Shown piece by piece: positions 49,701 to 61,433 of a stretch of DNA of 64,000 nucleotides. This DNA is from Saccostrea echinata (Eukaryota). The translations under genes and the position numbers were made by a program. The stretch is from positions 39,804,001 through 39,868,000 of the forward strand of contig NW_026889778.1 of the NCBI RefSeq assembly GCF_033153115.1, written 5' to 3'. The number at the start of each line of letters is the position of its first letter. Positions within the stretch are counted from its first letter, which is position 1. The notes under the pieces were generated by a model that saw nothing but the letters and a program-made list of their open reading frames with translations, was not told where the DNA came from and did no database searches.

Positions 49701-50292
49701 CTAACATTCGCTGGATTTACCATGGTAAAACTGATGTCTCCCCAGAAAATTTAGCTGTTTCCATGGCATCTGCTGGCTATTACAGGTAATTTTATTTAGT
49801 TTACTTTCTCTTGATCTTAATTATCAGAATATCAATGATCTTGTATGATTGTAATCCAAATTTTTTTGCAATGTAGTATTAGTCAGCAGAATTTTCATGC
49901 ATTTAAGAAAAACTTATTTGAATCATTAATTCTGCTCCATTTTTTTTTCAACTTCAGTCTTTGAAGGGAAAAAAATTAGTCATAAAGCCATTACCCTTTA
50001 ATCCTCAGGTCTTTTCATCTTTCAATATCATATTTAATGAAGAACTGTGTGCAGAATAAATCTCAACCATTCTTTTATTTACAGATGCATAAAGAAACAA
50101 GACTGCCCTGAGGCAGCACACAATGACTACATCGTGGAAACCAAAACCAAAATGAACGATTTACTCAACAATGCCCCCGCCTCGTTCACAGGTGCAGTCC
50201 TGAGGTTTAAAAAGGGAACCTATCATTATATGTCAACGAGAAATAACAACTTCTCCAACAGAAGTCAGAAATCAACACTGACTGTTGTATAA
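40720..50292 (+). CDS. DD3-3-family protein, secreted form, 668 aa, 12 exons
   Basis: Exons 40720-40869, 41801-41881, 44957-45128, 45720-45902, 46483-46675, 47014-47177, 47578-47725, 47935-48039, 48301-48357, 48905-49278, 49614-49785, 50085-50292. All GT-AG and phase-consistent; 2007 nt. Signal peptide then [14 protein letters not shown] and the same core motifs as the - strand paralog. Ends [18 protein letters not shown]-stop with no TM segment. Confidence 0.9.
40892..41420. mobile_element. Hairpin-headed non-autonomous element in intron 1 of the secreted DD3-3 gene
   Basis: Perfect 38-bp inverted arms at 40892-40929 and 40981-41018, then a segment bounded by TTATTATCC...GGATAATAA. Architecture shared with 3797-4173. 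Confidence 0.7.
42130..42745 (+). repeat. ~30-bp minisatellite (AAGCAGTATAGAAAGTACTGCAGATTACTA)n, about 19-20 units
   Basis: Directly visible tandem units. Explains the spurious repetitive ORF 42002..42292. Confidence 0.9.
44604..44875 (+). mobile_element. Full-length tRNA-derived SINE (Meta-domain type) with 16-bp TSD
   Basis: ACAGTATTCCATACAT is duplicated at 44588-44603 and 44876-44891. Box A TGGCGCAGTGG; central GATGAGACC..TAAACCAAGGTCCCGTGTC block; (CAAA)n tail. Confidence 0.9.
45243..45417. mobile_element. Degenerate pogo/Tc1-type MITE
   Basis: CAGTCAAACCTCATTATCTTGA ... TCAAGCTAATTTTCAACTG|TA imperfect TIRs. Confidence 0.5.
48500..48730. mobile_element. Degenerate MITE
   Basis: ACTGTATAAGTAGAATTTTTAGC ... 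GCTAAAAATTCCACTATATGGTA imperfect TIRs; internal ATCGCTAAATTTG repeats. Confidence 0.5.
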
Positions 50293-52254
50293 GCTTTAAT
50301 AATTGTTAATTATTAATTAATTACCAAATGAGATTATTTATTACAATGAATTGCCAATATAGCCATATCAAATGTGTGCTCAAGCAGCTCATGATATTTT
50401 TACCTTTTCTGTTTTTTACATTTCCTTATAGCTCAGGACATTTGTCTTGCATTCCAATTTTTATCTTCAAAAATCAAAATCAAATTTTCGTAACTGAGAA
50501 ATATTGTCTCATATTGTTTTGAGTTTATATATGAGGGCACTATGTCTTGTTTTATATCTGTATATTAGATAGAAAACTATTGGAGATTATATTCATTCTG
50601 CTCACTCGATAAATATAGGCAAAAGATATTAACCCCCCTCCTCCCCCCAAAAATGATATTAAAAAAGAAATTATACAGATTTCATCAATTTTTATTTATT
50701 TGATTCTGATATGTGTTCATTTGTATGTTTGTACTATACATGATTTAGAGTAAAGTGATTACGTATCCATCAGTACCCATTTTTCACATCTGTTTGAAAT
50801 TTTCAAGATCATCGAAGATCAAATTCATCCTCAAAGTACGAGTCCATTGACCAAAGACATTTTTACAATTGAACTTACTAGTTACTGTAATTAAATCATT
50901 AATGCATCTGACATTTGTAAATCAGTGACTTCACTTTGTTCATAATAATTATTTGTTCTTTGTTTAATTACTTTATCAATTGTATATAACCCCATATGGC
51001 TCTACAAAGACTAAGTGCTGTGTTACATGTATAACCTGCAGGATCAGGAATATGTTATTGTAAATTATTGCAATATTTGATACAGAAAATCTTTTAAAAA
51101 GAAAAAAAAACATTAAAAAATTTATATCATACTAAAAGTTGTTATGTGTTATTTTTCATGGTTTTCGGGTATAAAACGTAAATACACTCCAGTTACAAGT
51201 ATTTATTTCACTTCATTTCAATAAATTATCCTTGACCCGAAACGATATAATGAAATGTTTTTTCTAGTTCCAAGGATCCGAGTTTAAATAGGTCAAATCA
51301 GGACAACGGAGACGCATTTCGTTGAAGTCCTTTAAAATATTACGAGACGCATTTCGGTGAAGTATCAAATTCGTTTAAACTTTAAAAATATTACGATCAA
51401 TATTGTGAAACTCTTTGAGAAGATTTGTATGAAGAACTAATTAATGAAATGATACAGCCAATCCATACCCTCTGTACTGCAAAGAAATAAAAGGGGTATT
51501 CATAAACAAGATATCGGGTAACTCAAAGAATGAATACAACTTTTTTATGGCTGTTTTTTTAAGGCTAGCATAAGGAAGGTGAAAAACACACCAGGAAAAA
51601 ATACGAAGATTTATGTCATATTGTCAAAACAATTCAACTCAGAGGGGCGCTTTTCACCTCCTTCTCTGTTGGCAATATGATACAAGTTGATTTGCTAAAA
51701 GCTCCACTGCGTACTCATACAAAAACCGTGTTTATTAAACTGTTTTTGCTCATGGTCGCTTCTACGATCCAAAATCGATCGCATTCTTTAAATTGAATTA
51801 CAGGCCTCCATTTTGATCTGACAGATCAGATGATATTCAATTAGTGAGTCTCCTTGTGTTCTAGTGAATTAATATGTCAGCAGATTTATTTTTGAGAGTG
51901 CGCCAGTGCATAGATCAAATCGTGCAATGGAGTGGTAACTGTGCATATTTTAAATGTGTATTCAAGGATCTATAAATAAACATTAACAGCTGGTAAGTGA
52001 TTGCAACTCAAGGTTTTTTACGTTTATATTGATTGATTATTTTTGTTGTTGTCTTGTGTTTCGGTGCTTGAATGGTTTCTTTTTTCTTAATTTCACATTT
52101 TTGTATACAGTTCAATAGAAAAATATGAGCATAAATTGGAGCAAGATCCCAATGGCGCCAAAACTAGTTCAACCACCCAGGGGCGCTGAACCCATCTAAG
52201 TATTCGTTACATGAAGCACATAAATAGTTTGTTATATATACAAGGCTGGGTATT

Positions 52255-53135
52255 TACAGTCTGTATCTGTTACTGCTGGTGCTGTACTGACCTGCACCGA
52301 GTTGGCACTGCACTCAGTACTGACCTGTACTAACTCCGTACTGTACTGGCCTGATTCGTTGTTGAACAATCCATACTGATCAGTGGCGGATCTGGGATTC
52401 TTGAAAAGGGAGGGGGGCTAAAAGATTAAGGGTCTGGGGAACACATAAATAATTGCAATATCTACAACAACAAAAAAATTGATTTCTTAATCTTAATATG
52501 TAATTTTTGGTCACAAAAAGGAGGACCTCTAAATCCGCCATAACTGACCTTAACTGACTCGGTACTGATCTGACCTGACTTGGTGCTTACTGACCCATAC
52601 TGCATTGGCACTGTACTAAGTACTGACCTGACTCGGTACATGTACGTATACTCACTACTGATCTGAACTCACTCGGTACTGATCTCAGTACTAACCTGTA
52701 TGACTGTACTTTTGTATCGACTCGGTATCTGTAGTCACTACTGTCCTGAACTTATTCGATACTACTTTCAGTACAGTACTGACATATATTGACTCGGTAC
52801 TTTACTCAGAATTTACTTGTATTGACACGGTGCCTGTGCTCACTACTGATCTGAGCTCACTTGGTACTGCTCTCAGTACTGACCTATACCGCCTCGGTAC
52901 TTTACTCAGAATTGACTTGTATTGACTCGGTGCCTGTGCTCACTACTGACCTGAGCTTACTCGGTACTGCTCTCGGCACTGACCTTTACTGATCGGTACT
53001 TTACTCAGAACTGACTTATATGGACCAGTATTTGTACTCGAGCACTACTGACTTGAAATCACTTGGTACTGTACTTACTTGTAAGTACTGACCTGCAGTG
53101 ACTCGATCTGAACTGACTCGGCACTGTATCAGTGA
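52255..53135 (+). repeat. Degenerate tandem repeat array (TACTGACCTG/GACTCGGTACT units with ~95-bp higher-order repeat), interrupted by a CAGTGGCGGAT-type MITE at ~52381-52541
   Basis: Visible reiterated units. Likely inside the 5'UTR intron of the first TRIM-like gene (donor ~51993, acceptor ~53807). Confidence 0.75.
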
Positions 53136-53843
53136 AATGAATATCTGTAGCGTTTACCAATGATATTCCCCCGTTTCAGAAATCGAATAAATTCTATTTT
53201 TGTCAATGTTTGTCCGTCGAAATTCTACATGGATTTACATGTATATTATTGAAATATTATCGAAATGTAGCGTACAATTTTACTTAGTTTCATTGAAATC
53301 AGATTAAAGCTGTTTGAGTAGCATTTTGAAATTAAAAGATTATTTTATTTTTAAAAGCAATGATAAAACTTTTTTGTTATCGAAATCAATACAAAAACAT
53401 AGGTCATATATCGTCATATCGTAACGTAGTCAACAGTTGAACCAAATTAAGTTAAATCGAAATCAGACCAAAACTTCAGGATGAAACACTTCGAAAAAAT
53501 TGTTTATGAAATAGATATCGACGTAATTTTTACCATAAAAATAGACTCTTCTGCGCAGTAGATCTGAAATAAAACACTATCCATCACATATTAATTTAAT
53601 TTTTCAAAAAGGCGAAATATATTTCTCACGCGCTTTGAGGAAATTAAATGCTACTTAGAAATAGGACAAGAATTTCCATCAACTGACTATATGTCAAAAT
53701 TTCTGTCTAAACATAAACCATCTTAAATCTATCTGAGATCAGAAACCAAGTCATTTGCTTGCATTTGCTTAAATTTTTGAAAATAATAATTATAATTATT
53801 TTTGTAGCGACGTTTGGAACGCTGATGAAACATACAGAAAGAA

Positions 53844-55538
53844 ATGGCGCATTCTGGATCATCTCAGTCCTACAAAGCTTGTGAACTGTGCGAAGCGGAC
53901 TCGGTTCTGATGCACTGTAGTTCCTGTCACATCAAGCTCTGCAGTGACTGTGTCGGCAAACACTTGTCATCTCAAAACTGCAAGCAACATGACGTAGAGG
54001 GTTTTAAATACCGGAAGAATGACGTAAAACTTCCGGTATGCCGGCAGCATCCTAGTCACAGTTGTTCTATGTATTGCGATGACTGCGATGAAGCGGTTTG
54101 TAGCAAGTGCGTAGCAGCTTCAGATCACAAGCAACATCGGCTTGATGACATAACGAGAATGTACGTAGCAAGACGATTACTTTTGTTGCAGGAAGCCAGC
54201 TTTCTAGAGAACACAGTGATTCCGCAATACGACAAAATGGAATCCATTCTTGATACGAAGATGTCTAAGCTATCTAATGATTATTCCTCTGTGTTGAACA
54301 AGTTGGTTTCGGAAGAAGAAACCCTGCATGAAATGATAAGGTCAATTTTCCGCCAGAAAAAAGAAGAGACCCTCGCAATGAGAGAAAAGGATTTGAAAAC
54401 TCTACATGAACAGAAAAATGGGATTTCTTGTTCAAAATTAACTGTGGAGTCACTGGTGTCTAAGTATAAACAAGTGTGTGGTTCAAACGATGTTGACAAA
54501 ATATTGAGGTGTCCTTTTGAAAAAGATCAGTACAGAAGAATTCCTCCTGTTGCAGAAATCACGCCTCCCAACTTCTCCTCCATTGAAGTTGACGAGGAAT
54601 TCTTCAAAAAATTTGTAAAATTAACACCTTCTATTCAAATTCTGAAGTCTCGTGGCCAACGACTCGAAAGTACCCAAAGCTTTGGAGAAAAGAAGGAAAT
54701 TGCAGCAGAAGTAGAGCTTGTAGCATCGTTTAAAGGCGTGTACGAAGAATTACAACGAGTGAAATGTATCGAAGACTACCAAGCATGGCTGAGCGGAAGC
54801 GCCCATGGCACTCTCACGCGGATGGATATCAATGGTAAGGTCCTTGAAACGGTTCATGTCACTCATGGTTATGCACCTAAGGACATGGCTGTAACAACAG
54901 ATGGTCATTTAATCTATTGTGACGTGGGAAACTTAAGTATCATGGCCATCAAAGATGGAACCTCAAAAGTCATTGCCAAATCTAACAAATGGATGCCGAC
55001 TGCCGTGTGTGTGACGTCAGTGGCGGGGCATTTACTTGTGTGCATGATTTCCAAAGATCAGAGATTTGGCCGCGTTGTCCGTTACGTGGGATCCAAAGCC
55101 AAACACAAGATTCAGTTTGATGACAAAGAACAAGATCTTTTCAAAAAGCCCACATCTGTGGCCGATAACATCAACGAAAACATATGTGTGATTGATTCAA
55201 ATACACAGTCTCTTGTTGTACTCAGCAAAGCAGGTTTATTTCGATTTAAATACAACGGAAGCCAGAAGACACATTTGCACACGTTCTACCCAAGTGGTCT
55301 GGCCACAGACAACCTAGGTCAAATCATCGTGGGGGATCGAATGAATACCTGTCTAGATGTTATTGACAAGGATGGTCAGTTCATTAGATCTATTGCAGGG
55401 TCCATTTTGAACATTCCTTCAGCCATAAGCATCGACGATGACGAGAATTTGTGGGTTGGAGAATTTCACACCGGAATAGTCAAAATTATCAGATATCTAC
55501 AGCCGAGTGAAAACAACGGCAGCTGTCAGGACAAATAA
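53844..55538 (+). CDS. RING-less TRIM-like protein (B-box1, B-box2, coiled coil, NHL beta-propeller), 564 aa, single coding exon
   Basis: CELCE..CSSCHIKLCSDCVGKH and CRQH..CDDCDEAVCSKC..HKQH zinc-binding motifs; helical linker; NHL-like repeats (PKDMAVTTDGHLIYCD, PSGLATDNLGQIIVGD, PSAISIDDDENLWVGE). Confidence 0.9.
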   Translation: MAHSGSSQSYKACELCEADSVLMHCSSCHIKLCSDCVGKHLSSQNCKQHDVEGFKYRKNDVKLPVCRQHPSHSCSMYCDDCDEAVCSKCVAASDHKQHRLDDITRMYVARRLLLLQEASFLENTVIPQYDKMESILDTKMSKLSNDYSSVLNKLVSEEETLHEMIRSIFRQKKEETLAMREKDLKTLHEQKNGISCSKLTVESLVSKYKQVCGSNDVDKILRCPFEKDQYRRIPPVAEITPPNFSSIEVDEEFFKKFVKLTPSIQILKSRGQRLESTQSFGEKKEIAAEVELVASFKGVYEELQRVKCIEDYQAWLSGSAHGTLTRMDINGKVLETVHVTHGYAPKDMAVTTDGHLIYCDVGNLSIMAIKDGTSKVIAKSNKWMPTAVCVTSVAGHLLVCMISKDQRFGRVVRYVGSKAKHKIQFDDKEQDLFKKPTSVADNINENICVIDSNTQSLVVLSKAGLFRFKYNGSQKTHLHTFYPSGLATDNLGQIIVGDRMNTCLDVIDKDGQFIRSIAGSILNIPSAISIDDDENLWVGEFHTGIVKIIRYLQPSENNGSCQDK

Positions 55539-57034
55539 ACCTACTTGTTGTGAAGGTCACATGTTTAACAATATTGAAATACATGTATATCAAAAAGCAA
55601 CTGAAATACATGTACAAGAAAAAACAACATCATTGAAGAAATATTATGTTAGATAAATGTTTTTATGTCAATTATTTCAAACATATTTTGATGTACCTTT
55701 GCTTTTTTGGTGTAATTCATATAATATTACATAATAGATAAATGAAGGTGCCGTAGTACATGTATATCTTTATGTAAAAATAGTATCAGTATATTTTTTT
55801 TTCTTATTCACGCAAACTTGGGCTTTTTAACATTGTTTCTTAGACGCACAGCAATTCAATAATGAATTACAAAAAATAAGCACAGAATGAATAAAGATTA
55901 ATTCTTTTAAAATATAGTCATATTAAGGAGTGAAAAGCTTTCATGAGACGATAAGTTTCATATGGACCTATCGTAATTTGGAACAAAAATCTGCAGTAAA
56001 TGTGCCTTCATAAATGTGTCCCCCCTGCTCGCTGAGCAACATGACGTAACGATCCGAGATTGTAAGTGCCAAGTATATCGTAGATGTGACAGTTACTGCA
56101 ATAACAATATCGTTGTTTTGACGGAATAGCTTTTGCTGCAGCTTTACAATTTGTGTCCGATTCGTATCCCTTCATCTCCCCCTAGGGTTCTTTCTTTTAA
56201 ACATAAACTTCTGTGATTTATACGGGATTTGTAATGGAGATTTTCACAAAAATGTGGTTTTCTGCTCACTGAAGGAAAATTACACAAATACTCAGGAAAA
56301 CTCGAAACACTAATTAACCTATTTAAAAAAAAATAAAAATGAATAAATAAATAAATAAAAAGATAACGGTAAAAATATGGCATATAAAATCCGCTAGGCA
56401 TCTTTAATCTTTAGAAGCTTTCAATATTGTAAACAAATATGATATTGTTGGTCTTAAAATACTTACGATTTCCTGTGTTTTCTGTATACATGTATATGCA
56501 CCGCTGATCCGCTCATTTAATTCTTGAGTACATTTTATGGCAAGAGGTTGACCTTGATTTGTGGGGGAAAAAAGTTTTGATTTGTTTATCAATCCATGTC
56601 AGAGTAAAGGAATGCTTAATGTACGTGTAGCAACCCAACAAGTTCACTCAACCGAGACCAAGAAAGATAATGATGTCTATACTACGATCTAAACAGGCAA
56701 TGGAGAGGTCAAAAGTAACGACACGCAGGTAAGTCCGTTCATTCATACCATAGCTTTGTTTATAATGCCTGTTTTTACATATGTAGCAAATGTTTAGTCA
56801 GTCGACATAATTGTAACGCAGTTCTGATCATTCTTCTTTCAGATTATGTGCGAATCTGCCTGCTGCACTTTGTATGTGACTAGGGAATGAAAATTCAAAG
56901 CTGATGTTTATCTGGGATTACGAAGAAAATTTACAGAAATTGCGTTATGGTCGTGTAGCCTAAAAATAGTGTACGTAACTCCTTGCAAACTGTAAAGCCT
57001 TATCCTTTTCCGGTTTGGGTTGAATCTTATCAAC

Positions 57035-58717
57035 ATGGCTCAGGCGGTTATAACGTGTGAATTATGTGAGGACGAACCTGTTTTAATGCATTGTAATTCC
57101 TGCCATATCAAACTTTGCAGTGAATGTGTCGGCAAGCACGTATCCTCTCTAATCTCAAAGAAACATGACGTAGTGGGCTTCAAATACAGGCAAAGTGACG
57201 TCACACTCCCAGAATGCAATCGTCACCAGCATCAAAAATGTGATATTTACTGCAAGAACTGTAATACTCCTATTTGTAGCAGATGTGTCGTATCTCCAGA
57301 ACACAAACAACATGAAATTTTCGATATTATGGACGAATATTTGACAAGAAGAGAGCTTCTTTCACAAGAAACGACTGTGCTGGAAAGGTTTGTTATTCCA
57401 GAGTTCAATAAGATGGAAAATTTGTTAAATTCCAAAATGGCAAAATTGTCACAAGATTACGAAAGTGCCACTTCCTCATTGATAAGCGAAGTTGAAAAGA
57501 TTCACCTTGAAATAAATAGGAAATTTGAAGAAAAGAAAACGATACTTAGGAATTCAAAAGACAGTGATCTTGGAGAGCTGCGATCACAGATGGAAAGATT
57601 TTCAAAAAGGCACCAAGAGGCTCAACAAACCGCTTCCGATTACAGGACAGTTTTGTCTGGTAAAAACGTTGCAGATGTTTTTTCTTGTACAGTTACTGAA
57701 AACCAATTTCGAGAAATCCCTTCCATGGTTGAAATATTCCCTCCTAAATATTCACCGAGTCAAGATCCAAACAGTATCGAGGCTCTCCTTGGTAAATTTG
57801 ATTTCGGAAATCGAATGTCGACTCTTCATGGTTATACGATCTCCACCATACAAAACAATGACGGCATGGTCGGGAAAAGGTTTTTAAGCCAACTGGAATT
57901 GTTGAGTTCATTTGACTCTGGATACGAGGAAATTCAGACAATCGCCTGTGCTGGTAATGATGAAATTTGGGTGGTAGGAAAGGTTCATGGAACAATGACG
58001 AAATTCAACATTAAAGGTACGAAATTGGAAACTTTACAAGTAATTGAAGGGTACTCACCTAACGATGTCAGTGTGGATGGTCAAGGCAACATACTCTTTT
58101 GTGACATGGGAGAAAATAGTGTGGTAATGTGGAACAAGGGAAAGAGAGATGTGGTGACTGTTTGGAAAAACTGGAAACCCACCTCACTATTTGTCAACAA
58201 GCTTGGGCACATTCTAGTTAGTATGGTTACGGCAGATAAAAAGAATGCACGGGTTGTCCGTCTTGTGAGAACGAGGCCGAAACAGAAGATACAGTTTGAT
58301 GACAGAGGAGAGCAGTTGTTTTTCAGACCCCAGGCCATAGTAGAGAACAGAAACGAAGATATCTGTGTAGTCAATAGTGGTTCCAAAGGTTTGGTGGTTG
58401 TGAATAAGTCTGGGATTCTTAGGTTTATCTATAACGGGAATCAGATCTCCCAAACGTTTTTCTTTAGGCCAACATCCGTAGTCACTGACAGTTTTGGACA
58501 GATTCTAGTTACAGACGCCATGAACAATTGTGTTCATATTTTGGACGAAGATGGGGCGCTTCTCCTTTGTGTTGGACGGTCCATGATGAATATACCATCT
58601 GATCTTGACATTGATGAAAACGAAAATCTTTGGATTGGGGAATATCATTCTGGAAACGTGAAAGTTTTCAGATACTTGGCAGCCTGTCGGAATGCTGAAA
58701 GTATTCCTCCGACATAA
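57035..58717 (+). CDS. RING-less TRIM-like protein (B-box x2, coiled coil, NHL), 560 aa, single coding exon; tandem paralog of 53844-55538
   Basis: The ORF track starts at a TTG; the first ATG (CAACATGG, good context) is at 57035. Same domain order, with shared motifs CHIKLCS.CVGKH, KIQFDD, DIDENENLWIGE. Candidate 5'UTR intron ~56729-56842. Confidence 0.9.
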   Translation: MAQAVITCELCEDEPVLMHCNSCHIKLCSECVGKHVSSLISKKHDVVGFKYRQSDVTLPECNRHQHQKCDIYCKNCNTPICSRCVVSPEHKQHEIFDIMDEYLTRRELLSQETTVLERFVIPEFNKMENLLNSKMAKLSQDYESATSSLISEVEKIHLEINRKFEEKKTILRNSKDSDLGELRSQMERFSKRHQEAQQTASDYRTVLSGKNVADVFSCTVTENQFREIPSMVEIFPPKYSPSQDPNSIEALLGKFDFGNRMSTLHGYTISTIQNNDGMVGKRFLSQLELLSSFDSGYEEIQTIACAGNDEIWVVGKVHGTMTKFNIKGTKLETLQVIEGYSPNDVSVDGQGNILFCDMGENSVVMWNKGKRDVVTVWKNWKPTSLFVNKLGHILVSMVTADKKNARVVRLVRTRPKQKIQFDDRGEQLFFRPQAIVENRNEDICVVNSGSKGLVVVNKSGILRFIYNGNQISQTFFFRPTSVVTDSFGQILVTDAMNNCVHILDEDGALLLCVGRSMMNIPSDLDIDENENLWIGEYHSGNVKVFRYLAACRNAESIPPT

Positions 58718-59649
58718 TGCATGTAATAATAAGCAGAGAAGGAAGGTTTATCACAAAAATACATTCGGTCTGATTCTAAGAACAAAATGGTCCTAGGCTG
58801 GAATATGTCAAGTTGGAAAAGAAATTACATGTATTTCATTTCTTATTTTGTCTCTGTAATTTATTTTTGTACAAAATATAAACATGAATTTGGAAAAGCC
58901 TCTTTTACTAAAGGTCTGCTGCAGAAGAGTTTTACCAAATTTTTTTGAGAACGCAAGGGATTTACTTCATGTACATGTATCGGGAATAAGAAAGCAATCT
59001 GAGCATGTTGATGAGTTGAAATCTAGATTGGCCATTCAATAAATGCAATTCTTGCCCTTTTAAACAAAAGCACTTTATTCTGCCATTGGCTTCTTACATT
59101 TGTTCTGCATATCTTCTACTTCGGATTAGCCTCGGTTTTTATTATTGGCCGCAGCAGCGGCCGATCTATTTGTAGTTGTGTTAGAAAGTGCATATGGGGA
59201 TATGAGACGTTATTTCTTTATTAGTTCAGTAAAATAATTCTTAAATGATAACATGTATAAAATCATGAGTAAAATATTTTAAAAACTTGCTTTAAACTAA
59301 ATCTTAATTGTTGTTATTATGTTTCAATTTCATTATCATTTCTCATGAGATAATTGATAATTTATGATTATATAAAAAGAGTTTACAATAGGTACCTGGG
59401 CGTGTGTAAGATATGAAAGCAAATCATGATTTTCCGGATAATAATGAAGTGGTAAAAGTGCATTGTGAATAAAAATTGAAAAGTTGTTAAACTAGTAAAT
59501 TTTTTTTTGAATATGCTACAGCTGCGAATGACGCAACGATAATTTTTCCTACATTTTGCACCGCGCCGTGCAGCATAGCCTACTCTGCAGAAATCATGGG
59601 CATTATCACGTGACAAAGATTCAGGGTATCAGCACGTGGTTCATGAGAT

Positions 59650-59875
59650 CTGGGGCCCTTTTTACAAAAGAACTTACGACTAAGACCAAAATTTAATTCT
59701 GCTAATAACTTTCTAATTTACATTAAATAGAAAATGGGTTTAATCATTTTAAAAAGAATGTAGAAAGATACTTTTACGCTAAAAATTTTAAACAGAATCA
59801 TCAATTTTGCAATATTTTCCAATCAACTGAAGTTTTTGGTTTTGGTCATAAGTTCTTATGTAAAACGGGCCCCTG
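59650..59875. mobile_element. PIF/Harbinger-like MITE
   Basis: GGGGCCCTTTTTACAAAAGAACTTACGACTAAGACC ... GGTTTTGGTCATAAGTTCTTATGTAAAACGGGCCCC, flanked by CTG-type triplets. Related copy at 62995-63230. Confidence 0.7.
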
Positions 59876-60879
59876 AACATAAATAGGCCTACATCTTAAT
59901 CTTGATGACAATAAATTCTTATCATTTATCATTGACTTTATTACATCGATGAATCAATTTGATGAGCAAATGCACTAAAATTTCTATTTAATATTTTATT
60001 TTATTAAATAATTTATTTATTCATTTTTCTTTGAAGACAGTCTGAAATAAAAATGATCACGCTTTAAGCTTTGAATATCCTGTGCTATCCTTGCTAAAAT
60101 TTTGTTTGTGGCCGATCTGATGCTTTGCATCAATTTTACTTGTTGGTAGTCCTTTAATTCTCATTCTACAGTAAAACTCGGTTATGGCGAATTTCTGGGG
60201 ACCTGCAAATTTACTTCGCTATATCCATAATTCCGTATAACGAAGCGTATAAAGCCAATTTGCAATATGTTTTTTTTTCTTCCAGCCAAATGTACAATCT
60301 TTTACCTTTAAACAATTGAAACATGATTAACTCTTAAAGTAAATTTTATATTTAAGCTACACATACTTTTATGGTAGTTGTTTTTAAAGGACAATTTTCA
60401 ATAAGTGTAATTTTTATTCAATCCATGAATACATTTTGAGAGTCTAATAGGAACAATTATTTTTGCTTATATGTACATGTATCTGTCTGACGTAATGTCT
60501 TAACGAGGTTCGTTCCTGAGCTTTTGAGCAGATTTTTGTGTAGACCTCTATCTAAAAAAATTCTGCATAATGTTTTAGTTCTTACAATAAATTTGGATTC
60601 TGCAATGCTAATTTAACTATATTCAATTAAAACCCCATGATTAGATTCCATACTGAAAGCATTAAGTTAGGAACTATATTTTGTGGCAGAAGGTTTTATA
60701 GAAGAAAATGATAAATTTTTCTCATTCGAAATATTTACAGTATTGTTAAGTTTGGATTCCTATTTTTACATGCAGCCTGCACACAAAGTTACACGTATTT
60801 TGAGCAGTGAAATGTTTTATGCTGGTCCAAAATAATATATTAAATTAACCGTCATGAATTCTGTCATCATATTGGACAA

Positions 60880-61433
60880 ATATATTGTGAAAGTCCTGGG
60901 GGGAAAAACCCATTTTAGACTAAAAATTAGCACTATTTTAGTTATATCTAAAAATTAACATCACAGACCCCCACTTTTAATTTTATTTTCTGAATAAACA
61001 AGATAATTAACCATTCTGCTTAAACTCAGAAAAATGTCATTACTTTCAATTGATTTTATTGCTTGTTATATTTTTGATGCCAGAAAAATGACATTATTTG
61101 AGTGCAAAAAGGTCAAATAATTGACTATGCGCAGTAATTTTTTTTTTGTTGTCACAAATTTTAAAGAGGCTATTCAAGACGAAAAAAGACTGTTTTTGTT
61201 CCCATGATTTATTTAGATAAAAAATATTACAGGAAAAACTTTGAAAAATTGATTTATGTGTTAGACGTAATTACAGTGCAAAAAGGTCATATTAAATGCT
61301 CCGTAGCGCTGAAAGAAGCGCATTGACCCCCATTTTTGGTTTTGATTTTTAAATAAGCTATGTGTCTAGATTCCAAAAATATACTTGATAAAAAATTCTC
61401 AATACTTTTGATAACAGGATCCAACCTCCTTAA
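60880..61433. mobile_element. Probable DNA-transposon fragment (Kolobok-like end ...CCTCCTTAA)
   Basis: Ends in GGATCCAACCTCC|TTAA; repeated GTGCAAAAAGGTCA. The other terminus was not identified. Confidence 0.35.

Noticed and set aside
54281-58453. Shadow ORFs overlapping the TRIM-like genes
   Set aside because: Alternate-frame or antisense by-products of long coding exons, with no recognisable motifs.
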